Origin: Methanomicrobiales archaeon
Lineage (GTDB): Archaea > Halobacteriota > Methanomicrobia > Methanomicrobiales > Methanospirillaceae
Assembly (NCBI GenBank): GCA_037137755.1
Contig: JBAXJR010000037.1
Coordinates: forward strand, 1-22,532
Length of the DNA stretch: 22,532 nt
Direction of reading: 5' to 3'
Under the pieces are notes generated by a model. It ran no database searches. It was given only the letters and a program-made list of their open reading frames with translations, and had not been told where the DNA came from. Shown one piece after another: positions 18,494 through 22,532 of the stretch (position 1 is its first letter; every line of letters begins with the position of its first letter). Made by a program: the position numbers and the translations under genes.

Positions 18494-19621
18494 TTGGCGA
18501 AGATTTCTGCGAAAATTGATACGGCTCTTGTTGATGAGATTAATTCTGACAGGAAAGATAAAGGCCTGAAATTATCTGACTGGATGGTGTTGGCGATTGA
18601 AACGTACCTTCACCCACGAGTGCAGGATAACGAAATTGCAAAGGAAATAAGCCAGTTAAAGGAGTTTTCCGCGGAACTCACTACCGCACGGGATACGGCC
18701 GTTGCGGAATCCAAAAAGCAGAAAAATACCCTCAGCCACCTCGTGGAGGAGCGGGATCTCCTTATTGCCGATTTGAACCAGCACAAGAATATCAATGACC
18801 AGCTCCAAAAAGAGCGGGATGCACTAAACGCAGAAGTTACCCAGGCGGGAAATAACGTCTGTATTCTTCGGAACGAACGGGACCTTCTCGTCGCTGACTT
18901 GAACCAGCACAAGAACTTCAGCGACCAGCTCCAAAAAGAGCGTGACACACTGACGTTTGAGCTGGCTCACGCCCATAACGGCAGTGACCTCCTGCGAAAT
19001 GAACGGGACCTGCTTATTGCCGATTTGAACCAGCACAAGAATATCAGTGACCAGCTCCGGAAAGAGCGGGATGCAATGAGTGCAGAGCTGAACCAGGCCC
19101 GAAATAACCACGGCCTTCTCCGGAATGAACGGGACCTCCTCGTCGCTGACTTGAACCAGCACAAGAACTTCAGCGACCAGCTACGGAAAGTTAATGATGG
19201 TCTGAATGCCGAACTCTCCCGGGAGAAATTCGGCAACGCAGCATTGCAGCGTGAACGGGACTCATTCATCCCTGAACTCGCGCAGTTGAAATCCAGTTGT
19301 GCTGCACACCAGGCCGAACGCGACAGGCTTACGCAGGAAGTAACGGTCCTCCAGAGTACCTGTGACCTCCTGAAGGGTGCCCGGGACCAATCAGAATACG
19401 AGCGGAATAAGTTTCTTAATGAGCGGGAAGACCTTGCAAAACAGACCCGCGAGTTGATGGTGGAAGCAGAGCTCAGCAAGGCGAAAAATTTCATTATTGA
19501 CGAATTACGAAAGGACAAGGAGTTCCTCCAGGGAGAGTTCCGCAAAATGAGCGAACGTGCTCCCCTGCAGCTGGCGCCTGCCCGTGAATCTTTCTGGAGC
19601 TGGATCTGGGGTGAACGATAG
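18494..19621 (+). CDS. N-terminal ribbon-helix-helix-like domain + long repetitive coiled coil + aromatic C-terminal tail
   Basis: KISAKIDTALVDEI...GLKLSDWMVLAIETYL (RHH pattern), ERD-initiated 21-aa units and a terminal ESFWSWIWGER. TTTATAT at 18451 and a GGAGG RBS support the TTG start. Confidence 0.85.
   Translation: MAKISAKIDTALVDEINSDRKDKGLKLSDWMVLAIETYLHPRVQDNEIAKEISQLKEFSAELTTARDTAVAESKKQKNTLSHLVEERDLLIADLNQHKNINDQLQKERDALNAEVTQAGNNVCILRNERDLLVADLNQHKNFSDQLQKERDTLTFELAHAHNGSDLLRNERDLLIADLNQHKNISDQLRKERDAMSAELNQARNNHGLLRNERDLLVADLNQHKNFSDQLRKVNDGLNAELSREKFGNAALQRERDSFIPELAQLKSSCAAHQAERDRLTQEVTVLQSTCDLLKGARDQSEYERNKFLNEREDLAKQTRELMVEAELSKAKNFIIDELRKDKEFLQGEFRKMSERAPLQLAPARESFWSWIWGER
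18749..19252 (+). repeat. Intragenic tandem repeat, 4 x 126 bp (42 aa), arranged ABAB
   Basis: GAACCAGCACAAGAA starts at 18775, 18901, 19027 and 19153 (period 126). Copies 1/3 encode LLIADLNQHKNI and copies 2/4 encode LLVADLNQHKNF. Confidence 0.92.
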
Positions 19622-19830
19622 TCAGCAACCCCCAGTGTCCCGTCATATTCCCTGCCCTTTCCGGCGTGATCCATACTGAGGACACTTCAGCCCTGTTCAA
19701 CCCATATGAACGGGAAGATCCCCCCCTGGTCATTTAAATAATGCCATTGTAAAAACCTCCCTATTCCAGGGGCATTCACGCATGTACGCGGAAGTCCTGG
19801 ATCATGTCAAAAAAAGGGAATTCCATAGAC

Positions 19831-19857
19831 AGGTGTGGGTTTCACCCCTTCCCTGCC
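19831..19857. repeat. Dispersed intergenic repeat, copy 2
   Basis: AGGTGTGGGTTTCACCCCTTCCCTGCC, 25/27 identical to 9197-9223 in the same orientation. Both are preceded by an A-run + GGG. Confidence 0.65.
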
Positions 19858-20193
19858 CCAACCCCCTGAAGTGACATCCTGTGGCCAATGGTTCACCTCG
19901 AAGTTTCAGTGAGAAAAAAGAACCTTCTCTATAACAGCGGGGTCGTTATAGCGACTGAACTTGAGCCCCGGGATTGTGAGTAAATTCCAGGAAAACCTTA
20001 AAACTATTAGATTTTATTGATTCTACTGCCGAAATAGCGGCTCCCGATAAGAATAGTTCCCTGAGCCCGCATTCTTTCGGATTGTGTCCCTGATGGAGCC
20101 AGTCCACCCCACCGACTCCTGGCCGTCCCATGTCATCGACGAAAATCACCAGATGAAAACCCTCATTAACCAGCAGGTGCCCAGGTTTAAATT

Positions 20194-20688
20194 GTGGAAC
20201 TATTCATTTTGAGACATGGCAAAGCAGAAGCACGTGCAACGGGCAACCAGGATGCTGACCGGGCCCTGACCGTGCAGGGGGAGGAGGAAACTAAGAAAAC
20301 TGGCAGGTGGACGGTAACGATGGGTTATACCTTCGACCTGATTGCGACCAGTCCCCTGAAAAGGGCTATGCAGACTGCACATATAATTGGCACAACCACA
20401 AAACAGGAACATAAGGTCCAGGTATGGGACCTCCTTTCGCCAGGGGGTGACATCGATGCACTTTCAAGGAAAATTGCTGAGATTGGCGGGGACAGTTCAG
20501 TCCTCATAATCGGTCATGAACCAATGCTGTCAGTTTTTATCGGCCGAACCATCTCCATGGACGGCACGGCATCAATCGTCCTCGCCAAGGGAGCCTTTGC
20601 CAGGATAAAAAATGTTTCCTGCCATGGTGACCTTTGCGGGGATCTCCACAGTCTCATTACGCCAAAACAAATCTTTCCGGGTAACTAA
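20194..20688 (+). CDS. sixA: Phosphohistidine phosphatase SixA
   Basis: LFILRHGKAE, DADRALT, TSPLKRAMQTA and LIIGHEP. GTG start. Confidence 0.9.
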   Translation: MELFILRHGKAEARATGNQDADRALTVQGEEETKKTGRWTVTMGYTFDLIATSPLKRAMQTAHIIGTTTKQEHKVQVWDLLSPGGDIDALSRKIAEIGGDSSVLIIGHEPMLSVFIGRTISMDGTASIVLAKGAFARIKNVSCHGDLCGDLHSLITPKQIFPGN

Positions 20689-20811
20689 TTCCACTGGTTC
20701 CCGGACGATTTTTCAGGAAGGCAGAAAACCCGGCAATATTTCCCTTGTTCGTCACATAAAATACCTTTTTTAATGAAAAAAAATAGATAGTCTCTTCAGG
20801 GACCATCACAG

Positions 20812-22532
20812 ATGAACAATAAAAAAATACTTATTTTTACAATTTTCCTCGTGAGCCTGCTTATGGCAGGGACCGTATCAGCCACAGGATCATATTATGG
20901 CAATGTTGCAGCCGTGAACGGGGAGTCTGTAAAATCGTCCGGGGTAACGTATGCTCTCCTCGTCGGGGTGTCCACGTACAAGGACCCTTCCAACAACCTG
21001 GAAGGGGTACAGTATGATGTGCCGCATATGCGGGATATGCTCATCAATGACTGCGGTTATTCCTCCTCGCGGATAACTACCCTGCAGGACAGCAAGGCGA
21101 CCAAGGGCGCGATCCGGTCTGCACTTATCCAGATGAGTTCCCGTGCAGGCAAAGACGATACGCTTGTATTTTATTTCAGCGGGCATGGCTACGTATACCC
21201 CTCATACTACGGGACGTCGTACCTTGAACCGTACGATTCAGCGCAGGATTCTGTAAGTTATGATATTTCAAGTTCAGAACTGAAACAGTGGCTGGACGTG
21301 ATCCCGTGCAGGAATGTCCTTGTTATTATTGACGCCTGCGAAGCCGAGGGTATGCTGAAGGCCGGGACGAAAGAACTGGTCACTGCCTCACAGGTACAGG
21401 CAGGGCGTGATACCGCTTCAGAGTCAGACCGGTTTTCACAGAATTTCCTTGGCCAGTTTGAAATAACGGACCGCGTTGCACTTAGTTCATCAGAGCAGCA
21501 GAAAGGTCTTGCCGGTAACCAGTATGTCGCCCTCGTCTCCTGCAGGTCAGGGGAGGGCTCCTGGACCAATGCTGTTTCCGGCAGCTGGTTCACCACGTAC
21601 CTGGCTGAGGGAATTAAGACCCCTTCAGCCGATACGAATTCCGATAACTGGGTTTCGGCAGAAGAAGCTTTCACGTATGCCTCCCCGCTTACAACATGGA
21701 AACATTATGACCAGAACCCGGTTCTCTATGACGGAGACCCGTCCAATGACCTCCTGATGAACCATTATAGTCCGTTGACCGTGGGGATTATTTCTGCAGG
21801 CTCAAGCCCTTCGGGTGCGCGGATCTATCTTGACGGGACTGATACGGGATTTAATACACCCGCAACCCTGAACAGTATTTCCGCGGGGATCCATACGCTC
21901 GTCCTGAAAAAAAGCGGGTATAACGATTACCCTGCAAGTGTTACTGTAACTTCCGGGCAGACGTCGAGTATATCGGCAACTCTGACGGTCCAGCAGATCC
22001 CCGGGTCAATAAATATCAAATCAACACCAACCGGGGCGACGATAGTACTGGACGGGGTGTCCAAAGGGACAACCCCTGCGACGCTTTCCGGAATACCCGC
22101 GGGGATCCATACGCTCGTCCTGAAAAAAAGCGGTTATAACGACTACCCTGCAAGTGTTACCATAACATCCGGGCAGACGTCGAGTATATCGGCAACCCTG
22201 ACGGTCCAGCAGACCACGGGGTCAATAAATATCAAATCAACACCAACCGGGGCGACGATAGTACTGGACGGGGTGTCCAAAGGGACAACCCCTGCGACGC
22301 TTTCCGGAATACCCGCGGGGATCCATACGCTCGTCCTGAAAAAAAGCGGTTATAACGACTACCCTGCAAGTGTTACCATAACTTCCGGGCAGACGTCGAG
22401 TATATCGGCAACCCTGACGGTCCATCAGACCACCGGGTCAATAAATATCAAATCAACACCAACCGGGGCGACGATAATACTGGACGGGGTGTCCAAAGGG
22501 ACAACCCCTGCGACGCTTTCCGGAATACCCGC
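20812..22532 (+). CDS. Secreted caspase-like peptidase (C14/metacaspase fold) with tandem PEGA domains; runs off right edge
   Basis: Manual translation from ATG 20812: signal peptide MNNKKILIFTIFLVSLLMAGTVSA|T, YALLVGVSTY, VFYFSGHG (H125), VIIDACEA (C176), ADTNSDNWVSAEE and QNPVL, then PEGA units (S.P.GA.I.LDG...G.TP...G.HTLVLKKSGY). No stop before the edge, so it is missing from the ORF track. Confidence 0.9.
   Translation, partial: MNNKKILIFTIFLVSLLMAGTVSATGSYYGNVAAVNGESVKSSGVTYALLVGVSTYKDPSNNLEGVQYDVPHMRDMLINDCGYSSSRITTLQDSKATKGAIRSALIQMSSRAGKDDTLVFYFSGHGYVYPSYYGTSYLEPYDSAQDSVSYDISSSELKQWLDVIPCRNVLVIIDACEAEGMLKAGTKELVTASQVQAGRDTASESDRFSQNFLGQFEITDRVALSSSEQQKGLAGNQYVALVSCRSGEGSWTNAVSGSWFTTYLAEGIKTPSADTNSDNWVSAEEAFTYASPLTTWKHYDQNPVLYDGDPSNDLLMNHYSPLTVGIISAGSSPSGARIYLDGTDTGFNTPATLNSISAGIHTLVLKKSGYNDYPASVTVTSGQTSSISATLTVQQIPGSINIKSTPTGATIVLDGVSKGTTPATLSGIPAGIHTLVLKKSGYNDYPASVTITSGQTSSISATLTVQQTTGSINIKSTPTGATIVLDGVSKGTTPATLSGIPAGIHTLVLKKSGYNDYPASVTITSGQTSSISATLTVHQTTGSINIKSTPTGATIILDGVSKGTTPATLSGIP
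21881..22532 (+). repeat. Near-identical 216-bp (72-aa) tandem repeats encoding PEGA domains
   Basis: CCGCGGGGATCCATACGCTC starts at 21881, 22097 and 22313, and CCGC recurs at 22529. Copies differ by only a few substitutions. Confidence 0.93.

Noticed and set aside
18749-19252. Regularly spaced repeats as a CRISPR array
   Set aside because: The period is 126 bp, in frame within a coiled-coil CDS. The intervening segments are homologous to each other and there are no cas genes.
18967-19674. 235-aa antisense ORF (and 18610-18948)
   Set aside because: Shadow of the repetitive coiled-coil gene on the opposite strand.
20890-21757. Short ORFs listed in the track in this region
   Set aside because: All are antisense or out-of-frame shadows of the long caspase-PEGA CDS starting at 20812.

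Overview
Archaeal chromosomal window, most consistent with a Methanomicrobiales methanogen (Methanoregulaceae-like). This is inferred from the gene families, the TATA-box promoters with short leaders and the GGAGG/GAGGTGA RBSs. It is a mosaic of mostly monocistronic accessory genes: an HPrK/PEPCK-like P-loop protein, a GYD protein, an M24 Xaa-Pro peptidase, an Imm5-like protein, an alpha/beta hydrolase, an AlkA glycosylase, surface proteins, a multiply disrupted bestrophin/DUF4239-like pseudogene, a pseudo-receiver-PAS-PAS diadenylate cyclase, a small wHTH protein, an ABC ATPase, a receiver + PAS histidine kinase pair, MscS, an RHH/coiled-coil repeat protein and SixA. A secreted caspase-like (C14) protease with near-identical tandem PEGA repeats runs off the right edge and is absent from the ORF track. 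Manual reading also found two tandem paralogous ~52-aa basic microproteins with similar promoters, a possible stand-alone sheath-protein-like domain and a dispersed intergenic repeat. I saw no rRNA, tRNA, CRISPR array or intact transposase. Family assignments come from motif recognition only; no searches were run.
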